Of a DNA stretch of 64,000 bases, positions 43,371 through 55,620 are shown one piece after another. Location of the stretch: assembly GCF_009914755.1 (NCBI RefSeq), contig NC_060926.1, one strand, 5' to 3'. The notes beneath the pieces were generated by a model. That model saw only the letters and a list, made by a program, of their open reading frames with translations, had not been told where the DNA came from and made no database searches. How positions within the stretch are numbered: position 1 is the stretch's first letter; each line of letters starts with the position of its first letter. A program made the position numbers and the translations under genes. Source of the stretch: the human T2T-CHM13v2.0 reference genome, Homo sapiens.

Positions 43371-43709
43371 TACACTTGTTTCTCCCTAAATACATCTTAT
43401 GAAGCAGCTTTAGTAAAATCAAATGTACATGCTTTCTAAAGCTTCAAACCAAATTAGGACCAGCAGAAACATCCAAATACAATGTGATTGTTGTCACTGT
43501 TCATTCTCTGGAAGGATCACTATCATTCTCAGGGCAATTTCAATAAATGCAATGGACTCATCCACCCATATCCCTATTGTCTTCCTTAGACAGACATCTG
43601 GAAGCTCAACACCTGGGTCTTATCTCTTTAATCCCTCCTCTTTAATCAATTATTGACATTACATGGGAATGGTTGTTGGTTTCTCCTTTTGTCTCTTGTG
43701 TGGATTTCA

Positions 43710-44400
43710 CACTATTGGGCACTATTATGTTAAAAGCACTCTACTAAGTGCTGCATGGACACTAGTGAATTAGATACAGATCCAGCCCTCATGGACCTGT
43801 CCATCTCACAGGGCAAATAGTATTTATGCAGATAATTATGTAGGTGATTATTTAGCTGTAATTCTAATAAGATTTATAAAATAAGAGTCCAAAGTAAAAC
43901 CAGAGCTTGCAATTTAAGAGTGAACAATATCTTAGTAAGTAGTGAAAAAAGTACTAAGAGGGAGTGGCATTTGAAAGACTTAAAAGTTGGCAGGAGTGTA
44001 GAGGAATCATGCAGGAGAAGCCCACAGAAAACCTGGGGTTCAAGGTCCTTCAGAAGGGAGATGGTTTTTGATGCACCAAATGAAGAAGCCAACAAAACCA
44101 GAGTTGACCAGTGTGAGGTAGGGAGGTGTGCTGAATGAAAGTAGTGAGAAGGAGGAAACAGATTAAGGAGTTTTGAGTACCTAAAAGGTATTGGATTTGA
44201 TATAAGAGAAGTTGAAGGTTTTGACTGAGAGTAATGTGTGAATTGTTGGTCTGGAGAAGGCATGATCAGATTTTTTCTTCCTTTTATCACTTTTGTTTCC
44301 ACCTTGATTATAGATTAGATCTGGGGAGAAACAAATAGGAAGGAGATTTTGATTAGGGGAAAATTGTAGTGCTCTAGGTAAGGCATAATTTTTGCTTTTA
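43710..44400 (-). mobile_element. L2 fragment
   Basis: tattgggcactattatg...agcactctactaagtgctg, ccagccctcatgga, gaaggttttga, gcatgatcagatt. Confidence 0.65.
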
Positions 44401-44619
44401 AATTATCAAAGTGTTATGGAAATTAGAAAAAAAATTCACTCTAAGAACTTTTTTATCCAAAATTTTTTTGGCCATATATCTTTATAATTTTTATATTTTC
44501 ATAATTTTATTATACTTACTACACTTATTTAATCTACTTGAGTCAATTAAATTATGTCGTATTTTATAATGTGAGTAAATAAATGCCACAATTATTATTT
44601 TGATTTTTCTATAATCTTG

Positions 44620-44920
44620 GAATTATATCACTCTAGGCACATATACTTACTGCTTACTGAACATTTCTACTTAGATATATAAAAGACCTTTCAAAGCAAC
44701 TGTATTCGAAACTAAACTCTTGATTCCTTCCCTCACTCCAAAGCCATTTTTTTCATGTTTTCTCATCTCAGAAAATACTAAGTCCATCCTACTCTTTGTT
44801 CAAACTAAATATCTTGTGGTCATCATCTAGAATCCGATCATTTCTCACCATCAATACCACTACTACCTATTTCTCTTGATTGACTTGTTTATTGCAATAT
44901 TCTCCTTAATAGTCTTCCCT
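44620..44920 (+). mobile_element. L2 fragment
   Basis: aaactaaactcttgatt, catctcagaaaat, tttctcaccatc. Confidence 0.5.
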
Positions 44921-46310
44921 TGAAGGAGGACGAATAAATAGGACAATTATTTACCAACAAAAAGCTGCTATGTAACATTCTTCTCTTTGCTTTTCCAGAC
45001 ACACTACCTATGGCAAGGGTCTAACCAATTTACTCATCATACATAGAAAGTTAGTATCAGGAATAAGACTGAAAAGAGTATTCTATTTCTTATTTCTAGT
45101 ATTGTGTTCTTTGAGCTTTATCATCTTCACAATTTAAAATAAAACAAAGAAAAGCTTAGCCACATTACTAGTGACACCTAGGCACAGCAATATGAAGTGA
45201 GGCCATTATCTAGTGCTTATTTTTCAATCTAATGGGAGTCAAGACAATGAAGAGTTATTAATTCCCTGTGTAACTTTTCTTTCTCATCCGTCTGCACTAT
45301 TCAGTTGGGTTAGGTGACCTATTAGGCCTTTGCCATTTATTATAACTTTCTATGATTTACAATAATTCTCAACTGCATTTGATCCATTTTCCTTTAAATT
45401 TTTGATTAATATAGGCCAAATAATGTGGCATTGAAATTAGTGGAATGGCATTGAAATTTTATTAAATGCTCCTAGACTTCAAAAGTATTTTTTTTACTAT
45501 GAAATAGTTAGATTTATTTAGGATCTAAGAGAATGCTGTGAAGAAATGAACTTTTTTCATAATATTGCCAGCAAAGGAGAGTTATATTTATCTCTTCCAT
45601 CATAATTCTACCCGATTTCAGATGCCCATCATCAACTAAACCTTGAATTGAATGGTGACATCTAAATTATCAACGTTAATTTTTTATGGAAAGATAGATT
45701 TTAATGAATCATATATTTTTAAGCTAAGGATCATAAATTAAGAACAGAGATTTTAAGTCTGACAGTTCTTAACTGTTTTCTATACAAGCATAGTCTTAGT
45801 AAAATTTTGTAATGTCTAAATCGTGTTTATTTCCTGAGAACCTATATCCTAAGGTGTTCTGTGAATTAAATAGACACTATATGTAAATTGCATCATGCAG
45901 TGGGATTGTTTAATTCTTGGAAATTACTAGCGGCATTAGTCTTAGGAGGTAAATAAAATCAAAGCTTTTCTGAAGAAAAAACTGAAAAGGTTTTCTGCTG
46001 TGAGTCAAAAAATTATAATGGATTCAATAGTAAGCTTGTCCTTTTCTCTGTATTTTTCCTTTTCTATTTACATGGTATAATTTCACTCTTTGAGCCACCT
46101 CACTTACTCAGAGGCCTTCTGATTCAAAGGTAGACTTCAACATCTAGCCAAGTGCCCGGTATGCGATGGGTGACAAAGACATATTTTTAAATGAAAAATT
46201 TCAAACCATACACCATGTACTCCTTTTCAAAGTGTTTCTTTTTAAGTCATTTCACTGGATTTAAATCCTATTAACCCTACTTTCATATTATGCTTTCTAT
46301 GTTTCCTTAG

Positions 46311-46948
46311 GGTTGTAGGATTTTTCTTCTCAGTCACTTTGCAAGCCAGGGACCCTCGATCGATGACGCCCCGCCCGGGCCTTGCTCTGCCACGCTGCAT
46401 GCCCCAGCTCGCCTGTGTGATAGCTTGTACCCACGTTCAGTGGTTCCTGAGCTTTTGCACCCTGCCCAAGAAGAATGAGGATATGCTGGACATTGAAGGG
46501 TGAGGAGGGGGGAGAAGAATTTTATTGAGTGAAGGAACAGCTCTCAGCAGAGAGGGGAGGCAGAGGGTGGTTCCCCTAACTAAAGGTGGGAAAGTCTCCT
46601 GTGTGGCTGGGTCCAAGGCCTTTTATGGACCCAGAATGGGGAGTGCATGCTGATTGGTTTGTGAGTATGCAAAAAAGATTAGCGCAAAGATAAAAGATAC
46701 CACTCAAAGGTGGGCACGACAGTGTAGAAAAACCAATTCGGAAAGGGTAGCTATATGTTAAATAAGCGAAGGGTGGGGACCAATCAGAGGAAAGTGCTCC
46801 GATCGGGAAGACAGGTTCTCAATCCCATCCAAGGACTTAACCTGTAGCATTGCTTTCAGGCTTTAAACTGTCTTTGGCTCGAAGGTGGGGTTACAGAGGG
46901 GACCCGCCTCTATCTGCCTAGACATTTGGTTGCCGCCTGCTGCTCTCA
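46311..46948 (-). mobile_element. LTR27-like (LTR1/MER52 group, ERV1) solo LTR
   Basis: Sense start tgagagcagcaggcggc...ctaggcagatagaggcgggtcccc...ccaaagacagtttaaagcctgaaagc; 4 bp TSD TTAG at 46307-46310 and 46949-46952. Confidence 0.8.
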
Positions 46949-47019
46949 TTAGTTCTTTTCTTACATCCACACTTTCTTCCTATTTAAATTCCTCTGTGTC
47001 TCTTAATGCAAACAATGAT

Positions 47020-47250
47020 GGAATGCATAGTAGTGAATTGCCTAGACGCTGAAACCAAAGGGTCTTCAGATGAAAGTCCTATCAATTTCAAGTCAAGTGA
47101 GCTATTCAACAATTTTGTGCTACAGTTCCCTCATCAACAAATGAGGATAATCATTATGCCATTATCATGAGTAAGTTTTGAGGAGTAAACACATATAAAT
47201 TAATTTTTTCAAATGCACAACCTTATATAAAACTAGCATTCACAATTATG
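47020..47250 (+). mobile_element. MIR SINE
   Basis: cagttccctcatc...aaatgaggataat. Confidence 0.55.
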
Positions 47251-47979
47251 GCTATTTCTGTTATTGAGTTGCACCATTGTAATATTTTATCTTCCTGATT
47301 ATTAGTCTTCTTGAAAGATTAAATTCCAGTAGCAATGTATACATTCTTTCCTTCAGAACATATTTACTTATTACTACTTATAATGCTGTAACGGGCACTA
47401 TATCTGCAGAATTGAATAGTTCACGATTCCTCATACTGAAAGGCTTCACAGTCATAGGCAAGGGTAAATTTGTTGGAGAGAAACAGATAATTCAATATCA
47501 TAACCACTTCCTTAGAAACAAAAACCAACAAACAAAAGAAGAAAACTTTAAGGACAAACCTACAAAATAATTGCAAAACTACTATACCAATTTATATAAC
47601 TGCAGATTTTATAAGGAGTGGAATTATATTTATCGTGTTTTTAAAGTTTGTATATTTTTGTATAATAAGCTCAATTTCATTTATCACCAGCAATAAATTA
47701 TCCAAACTATTCTTCACTGAATTCTGCAAACCACTTTTCCTCCCTTTTCACCGTCTCCCTTTTTACCCTACACACAAGACACCCATTCCTATGATTCTCG
47801 GATATTTCTCTCCACCTTAAGCTATTCTCATATCCCTTCTTTTTCTCTCTTCAAAACCCAGGTCAATATTTTTTAATCATCCTCACAATAATGTCAGTTT
47901 GATCCTTTTCACCCACATAGCAACTGTGTATTCTGAGAAAGTATGTAACATTATGAATAATCATTTTGTTCATGTGTTT

Positions 47980-48150
47980 AGCCCAATCAGATTGTGAAAT
48001 CCTACAAGTCAGAAACATTGTGCACTTCAATTTTGTTTGCCCACTAGCGCTGCTTCCCGTTCTCCACCACAGAGCCAAGCATAATAAACACTCAGCAACT
48101 ATTAGTAGATGACAAAAAAAACCTTTACAAACAGACAAATGAATGAAAAA
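47980..48150 (+). mobile_element. L2 3' end
   Basis: agattgtgaaatcc...cacagagccaagcataataaacactcagcaa...aatgaatgaa. Confidence 0.55.
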
Positions 48151-48733
48151 AAGTAGTCATTGCGCTTCAATTACTTCCTGTAAAATGTTAGTACCACACC
48201 AAATCCCATAACAGGAAGTGAGTGGGGAGACGGAGTACAGGAAGAATTGTTAGACAATTTTTGAAAGCACATTGCCTTGCATTCCTGCCGTATATTCACA
48301 ATAAACCTGAGTAAACTGAAGGCTCTGAGAAATACTGAGTTCAAGGACCTAGCATTTTCTTTCTTTCTTTGATTATTGACTCTCCTGCAATATTATACAT
48401 TTAATTATACATTAAAGACAATGTATAATTCAGATATATTAATTATTGCAAAATATAATGTATAATTAATATATATTTAATTAAATGTATTCATTCAATA
48501 TACATTAATAGAACCACATTTGAGAAACATGAGTATACTCCTTTAAAATATTTTTTGTTTGGTTTATTTTGATAATGGGTACATAGTAATAGAATTACAA
48601 AATTATTAAAAATAATGTTCTTTTAATAAATTAGAAAGACACATATGGGTTATTTTATATATATATATAAAGCTATATATGCTTATGTGGATATATACAC
48701 ATACGTATGTTCATATGTTATGTGTGTATACAT

Positions 48734-48737
<4 letters not shown>

Positions 48738-48789
<52 letters not shown>
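48738..48789. repeat. (TA)n(CA)n compound microsatellite
   Basis: Direct reading. Confidence 0.95.
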
Positions 48790-49135
48790 ATTTTAATTTT
48801 GAGAAATATAAAATTGCATGGTCTGGATCCGTAGGATGAAGTGACTGCATGTCTTTAAATAGGACTATACAAAAGCTCATGTAAGATGTCCTTTCAGATT
48901 TGATATTCTGATTGAAGAACATCAATAGTCTTTAATTACCGCTTGGTAATCATGAAGCCTTAGGGTTTTTTCAATTTCACTTTTATCACATATTTAATTA
49001 ATGAACATCACAGCATTTTAAGTTACGTTAATTTAAATTTTATTTTATTTCTCAGTTGTATTATCTAAATTATAAGGAAAATAAAAACAAAAACAGAATG
49101 TTGTAATAGATATATCATTGCTTTGGGTGATTAAA

Positions 49136-49178
49136 ACACACACACACACACACACACATACACACAACACACATACAC
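49136..49178. repeat. Imperfect (CA)n microsatellite
   Basis: Direct reading. Confidence 0.9.
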
Positions 49179-49337
49179 ATTTATAATCTTCTTTCAGTCA
49201 CTAGCCAATATGTGAACTTTATGAAGTCCCCTTATCCAGTAACAAGAAGCACAAGTGCCACAGTAGCAGTATTAAAAGGGATGGTCATGTTTCCTTTAGT
49301 ATCTCCTTCCTTCAAACTTATGCACATACCACAGCTT

Positions 49338-49665
49338 TGTTGATGTCCCTTAGTCAAAGATTTCCAGAAACACAGATACAGTCAAACTAAGGTGAGTTTA
49401 TTGACTTGTTGCAATGAGGGAGAGAATACACCATTGGAAACTTGAGGTTTCTCAGAAAAAAGAAAAAAGAAATAAATACCTACTAAAGGTGTGGGGAAAG
49501 CTTTAGATGGTCTTTGAGAGAGTTTAACAAAAAGAGAGTTTTGCTCTTAATTAAGTATGCTCTACGAGCCCAGGGTTTTTGTGCTTCCACATCTTTAATA
49601 ATCTTATGTAAATGGCAAAAGGAACAAGACAGATCAAAAGCTATACATGTTTTATAAAGCAGCAG
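49338..49665 (-). mobile_element. LTR78-like LTR, left piece
   Basis: tgttgatg...cagatacagtcaaa...gagtttattgact...gcaatgaggg resembles the antisense LTR78 end (family from memory). Confidence 0.5.
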
Positions 49666-49676
49666 TATTTTTACAA

Positions 49677-50850
49677 TGATTAGTGATTTTGTGAATTTTT
49701 TATTGTTTTTTTTGGTCACTTGGATGTCTTCTTTTGAGAAGAATCTGTTATGTCCTTTGCCTATTTTTAATGGAGTTCTTTGGTTTTTGCTTGTTGATTT
49801 CTTTAAGTTCCTTATAAATTCAGAATATTGACCTTGGTGGGATGCACAGTTTGCAAATATTTTCTCCCATTCTGTAGGTTGTCTCTCTCTCTCTCTCTCT
49901 CCATATATATATATATCCATATATATATATATCCATATATATATATCCATATATATATATCCATATATATATATATCCATATATATATATATCCATATAT
50001 ATATATATCCATATATATATATCCATATATATATATATCCATATATATATATATCCATATATATATATCCATATATATATATCCATATATATATCCATAT
50101 ATATATATCCATATATATATCCATATATATATATCCATATATATATCCATATATATATATCCATATATATATCCATATATATATATCTCCATATATATAT
50201 CCATATATATATCCATATATATATCCATATATATATATATCATATATATAATTGCTGTGCAGAAGCTCCTTAATTTAATTAGGTCATACTTGTCAATTTT
50301 TGTTTTTGTTGCAATTTGCTTTGGAGGACTTAGCCAAGTATTCCTTGCCAAGGCCAATGTTGAGAAGGGTATTTTCTATGTTGTCTCTAAGAATGTTATA
50401 GTTTCAGAACTTAATTTAGATCTTTAATCCATCTTGAGTTAATTTTTGTATATGCTGAAAGGTAGGGGTCCAGTTTGATTCCTCTGCATATGGCTAGCCT
50501 GTTATCCCCGCATATTTATTGAATAGAAACTCCTTCCCCTATTGCTTGCTTTTGTTAGTATTGTCAAAAATCCAGATAGTTGCAAGTGTACAGCTTTATT
50601 TCCAGGTTTTCTACTCTGTTTCATTGGTCTATGTGTCTGTTTTTATACCAGTACTATGCAGTTTTGGTTACTGTATCCTTGTAGTATAGTTTGAAGTCAA
50701 GTAGTTTGATGCCTCTGTCTTTGTTTGTTTTTCTTAGGATTGCTTTAGCTCTTCAGGCTCCTTTTTGGCTCTATATGAATTTTAGAATGGTCTTTTTCTA
50801 ATTATGTGAAAAATGACATTGTAGTTTGATAGGAATAGTATCAAATCTGT
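49677..50850 (-). mobile_element. Inverted 5' segment of an L1PA16-like element
   Basis: Antisense ORF2 from tgattagtgat to aatctgt. Confidence 0.88.
49883..50250. repeat. (CT)n followed by about 24 units of CC(AT)5-7
   Basis: Direct reading and unit count. Confidence 0.97.
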
Positions 50851-50855
50851 CAACA

Positions 50856-51586
50856 AAATGCAAGTCATAACCACAATGAGATATCATCTCACACCAGTCA
50901 GAATGGCTATTACTAAAAAGGCAAAATGTAATAGATGCTGGAGAGGCTGCAGAGGAAATGAAACACATGTGCTTTTCGTGGGAATGTAAATTAGCTCAGC
51001 CACTATGGAAAGCAGTTTGGAGGTTTCAAAAAGAACTTAAAACAGATACCATTTGACTCATCAACTCTATTACTGGGTACATACCCAAAGGGAAATAAAT
51101 TGCTCTACCCAAAAGACACATGAACTTGCATGTTTATCATAGTAATATTCACAATAACAAAGACAGAATTGACTCAAGTGGTCATCAGTGGTGGATTGGA
51201 TATAGAAAAAGTGGTTATGTATATACCACAGAATACTATGCAGCCAGAAAAAGAATAAAATCATGTATTTTGCAGCCATATGGATGCAGCTAGAGGCCAT
51301 AATCCTAAGCTAATTAAAGCAGAAATAGAAAACCAAATGCCACATGGTGTCACTTATAAGTGAAAGCTAAACATTGAGTACACATGGACATAAAGATGGG
51401 AGAAAGCAACACTGTGGACTACTAGATGGGGACAGAAAGGAGGAGAGCTTGGGTTAAAAAACTATGTACCCAGTTCTGTGCTCACTACTTGGGTGACAAG
51501 ATTCATACCCCAAATGTCAGCATTACACAGATACCTACATAAAAAACCTGTGCATGTACCCTTGAATTTATAATAAAAGTTGAAAT
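50856..51586 (+). mobile_element. 3' segment of an L1PA16-like element
   Basis: aaatgcaagtcataaccacaatgagata through 3' UTR ggactactaga...aataaaagttgaaat. Confidence 0.88.
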
Positions 51587-51689
51587 TATTTTTACAAAAC
51601 CAACATTTAACAAAATTATGGCAGTACAATATGTATGTGCATGTGTGTGTATGTGTGTGTCTGTATACACACACCCACACAATTGCATA

Positions 51690-52085
51690 GGTGGCTTCTA
51701 TTTTGAATCCTGTGTCTTCAAAACCAGAAGAAATAAATGAACATGTTTATATTAATAACAACTACAACAACAACAAAAAGCCAGCTTTGGTTGCTCATAT
51801 TAGCCATGAAAGGAAATGTTTGATCATTAGGGAGTTTAGGGTAATGCTTTGGCATTTATCAAAAATGATTACAGAATGGTCTGTTTTGTTTCGTTCTATC
51901 ACGTCACAGGGTGGCCTTGTTTGATGTTGCTGTTTTATGAAATTACACTATCCATGTACAACATAAGGAAAATGTGACCCAGCTGAGAGCGCCAGGCCAG
52001 ATTCTGGCAACACCGATGTCTGGATGTCAGTGCCAAACCAGCTCCCTGATGTGAGGCTCTGCTTTTTTTTTTTTCTCTCTCTCTC
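51690..52085 (-). mobile_element. LTR78-like LTR, right piece
   Basis: gtcacagggtggccttgtttgatgttg, cagtgccaaaccagctccctgatgtgaggctctgcttt. Confidence 0.5.
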
Positions 52086-52327
52086 TGTTTTTCTGTTTCA
52101 ACACATCACACTACGTTATATCTTGCATTAAAATTGCAATGTATGCCTGCCTCTTTCACTAGACTGAGACCCTAGAGAGCTGCTACTTGTATTTTTTCTC
52201 CTTTATATTACCTGTGACATATAGTCTTATAACTTCTGGTAGTAGGTGCTAAGAAATTGTTTATTCGAATAGAAATGAACTCAAAGATAGCTCTTTCTTT
52301 TATGGTCCTGAAAAACTGTAGACCAAC

Positions 52328-52988
52328 TGTGATAATTAAACAACCATCAGGTTTAAAGGGACCATAGTAATCTGCATGAGACCATGCTCATTCTGACACC
52401 AAGTATAAATTCTAGGGATTTCCAAAACTACTCTTAGGTCTGAAAATTTACTAGAAAGACTCAAAGAATTCACTGAAAGCTGTTATTTCATAGATATAGC
52501 TTATTGCAGGGAAATGATACAGAAATAAAACCAGTCAATGGAAGAGACACACGGGGCAGAGTCCAAGAGACATGCTAGGCACTGAACTTCTGAGGTTCTC
52601 TCCCTGCTAGCATGCTGGTTAAGTATGTGTGACAAAACTCACAGAGTATTATCAACCAAGGACACTCACTTGAATGTTGAGTTTATAGTTTTTATTGTGA
52701 CTTCATTATATAGGCATTATTGATTGATTGGTTGACTGACTGATGTACATATGGTTGATCTCAGTCTTTAGATCAGTTGATAGTTTATTATTCAAAGCCC
52801 GCACCCTAATCATATTTTTGGTATTTCTGGCATTTCTATTCCTTACCCTAAAGTATGGTCAACTCCAGTTCTATATCACAGTTACTGTCTGGCTACTCCA
52901 AGACCCTCAGGCAAACAAAGATTATCTTCCAGGAGCCAAGAGCAAAATCCAAATTCTTTTGGGGCAAGGTTAAATTTCTTAGCACACA
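52328..52988 (-). mobile_element. MER21C-like ERVL LTR
   Basis: aatttactagaaagactcaaagaattcactgaaagc, ggggcagagtcc, ccaggagccaagagcaaa...aaatttcttagcacaca. Confidence 0.75.
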
Positions 52989-53346
52989 GGTTTTCATATC
53001 AAATTCTTACGATGAATATTATTCTATCATAATAGGTCTTTCTATGTTCTGAAGTATCTTATCCTAATAGTATGCCAAAATAATGTCTAACTTTAGCAAA
53101 ATCATAGTTCACAGGTAAATTGATCAGGAATAGTTCTGAAAAGTGTACTGCAGTTGAAGAAAGCACTATCTAGAGAGACGAAGACAATCATTCAGGTCTG
53201 AACATTTCTATTGTATGTCATTCTCACTTTCTCGCTTTCATTTTCCTCTTCTGCCCATAACATCAACTTTTAGCCATTCATCTTCTTTCTTTCTTGAGTA
53301 AAAAATTATGAGAATTTATCCCTTATTAACAGTGACTGTCTTTCTT

Positions 53347-55620
53347 TTTTAATTTTTAGTCTGTATGAGTACATAGTACGTGTATATATTTATGCGGTGA
53401 ATGAGATATTGTGATACAGGTATACAATGTGTAAGAATCACCTCTGTGTAAATGGGTTATCCATCACCTCAAACATTTATAATTTCTTTGTGTTACACAC
53501 ATTCCAATTATATTCTTTTAGTTATTTTTAAATGCACAATAATATTTGACTGTAGTCACCCTGTTGTGCTATCAAATACTAAATCTTATTCATTCTATCT
53601 AACTATAATTTTGTACACATTTGCCATCTGCATTTCCCCCACACACACCGCTATCTTTCCCAGTCTCTGGTAAACCATCATTTTACTCTCTATATTCATG
53701 AGTTCAGTTGTTTTAATTTTTAGTTCACAGAAATGAGTGAGAACATATGAAGTTTGTCTTTCTGTGCCTGGCATATTTCATTTAACACAATGCCCTCCAG
53801 TTCAATCCATGGTGTTGCAAGTCACAGGATCTCATTCTTTTTTTATGGCTGAATAGTACTTCATTGGGTACCACATTTTCTTTATTTGTTCATCTGTTGA
53901 AGGACACCTAAGTTGCTTCTAAATTTTGGCTATGGTGAATAGTGCTGCAATAAACATGGGAGTGCAGATACCTCCTTGATATACTAATTTTCTTACTTTT
54001 GGTTTTATACCTAACAGTGGGATTACAGGATCCTACGGTAGTTTGATTTTCCATTTTCAGAGGAGCCTCTATACTGTTCTCCCTAGTGGCTGTACTAATT
54101 TACATTCTTATCAAAAGTGTACGAGGGTCCTCTTTTCTTCACATCCTCACCAGCATTTATTATTGCCTGTCCTTTGGATAAAAGCTATTTTAACTGGAGT
54201 AAGACAATATGTCATTATAGTTTTGATTTGCATTTCTCTGATGATCAGTGATGTTGAGCACGTTTTCCTACATCTGTTTGCCATTTCTTTGTCTTTTGAG
54301 AAATGTCTCTTTAGGTATTTTGCCCATTTTTTAAATTGGATTATTAGATTTTATTCTATAGAGTTGTTTGAGCTCCTTATATAATCTGGGCATAAAGACC
54401 TTATCAGATGGAGAGTCTGCAAATATTTTCTCTCATTCTTTGATTGTCTTTTTACTTCGTTGTTTCCTTTGCTGTGTAGCTTTTTAACTTGATGTGATTC
54501 CATTTGCCAATTTTTGTTTTGGTTGCCTGTGCTTGTGGGATATTACTTAATAAATCATTACCCAGACTAATGTCTTAGAGAATTTCCCTTATGTTTTCTT
54601 TTAGTAGTTTCATAACTTGAGGTCTTAGATTTAAGTCACTAGTCTATTTTTATTTGATTTTTGTACATAGCAAGGATAGGGATCTAGTTTTCTTCTTCCA
54701 CATATGGATAGCTTTTCGTCCCCAATGTATGCTCTTGTCAACTTCATTGAAAATGAGTTCCTTGTAGAAGTATGGATTTGTTTCTGGGTTCTCTATTCTG
54801 TTCCATTGCTCTATGTGTCTAGTGCCTGGAATGTGGCTTCAGGACTCTACTTGGTGGTTTATTTTCCTATGGCTGAACTGGTGTCCAAATTGCAAGACAA
54901 AGTTCTCTTTACTATCTTCTCTCCTTTACTCAAGAAAAAAAAGTCTCTGCTGAAGCTGCAAGCTATGTTGCCTGAAGTTGGGGAAAGGTTGATGCAGGCA
55001 CTCCCTTAGCCACCGCAGCTGGAATTTTACTGGATCATGTGCACCCCAAGCTCACTGGCCTGAGCCCAGCACAGCAACAGGTCTTGCCCAGCAATTTCAG
55101 TCTTTGTGGCCTATGCTGCCTTTCAAGTTTATTTGGGACTGCAGGGCACTTTAGCCTGCAGTGGTGGGACTAGCCAGAATTTACTTTCTGACTGCTGGGA
55201 TAGCTGAGTCCCCTCTGGCTAGAGCTTGTCTAAATGCTCCCTCCATGGGCGCCATTTGAATTCTGCCCCATATTTGTTTTTCACTGTGCCGGCAACATTA
55301 GGTTCCAATGCAACGCCTCACAATCACTGCACTGTCACCCCCCAAAGCACACAGATTCTCTCTTTCAGCCATGAGGCCACTGCAGAGGGAAGGGAGAGTG
55401 GTGATGGAGGCAATTCAGGACTGTCTTTTCTACCCTCTTCAGTGCCTCTTCGCTTATATGATGTGAAAACCAGGTAGTTATCGTTTACCTGATTTTTCGT
55501 TCTTATGAAGGTGATTTCTTGTGTGAATAGTTGTTTAATCGGTGTTTCTGTTGGGGGTGAGTGGTGGGAGGGGCTGATCACTGAAGGTTTCTATTTAGCC
55601 ATCTTGCTCTAACTCCTCCT
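53347..55620 (-). mobile_element. L1MA(1-3)-like element: 3' end (53347-54820) joined to 5' UTR (54821-55620)
   Basis: L1MA 3' UTR gtacatagtacgtgtatatatttatg; 5' end ctatttagccatcttgctc; 14 bp TSD with one mismatch. Confidence 0.85.

Noticed and set aside
49901-50250. Regular array superficially like CRISPR or telomeric repeats
   Set aside because: No unique spacers and no cas genes; it is a simple microsatellite-derived VNTR in primate DNA.
49483-50427. Long ORFs of 118-213 aa rich in Y/I/D/M/G
   Set aside because: They are translations of the stop-free CC(AT)n tandem repeat plus L1 remnants, not genes.
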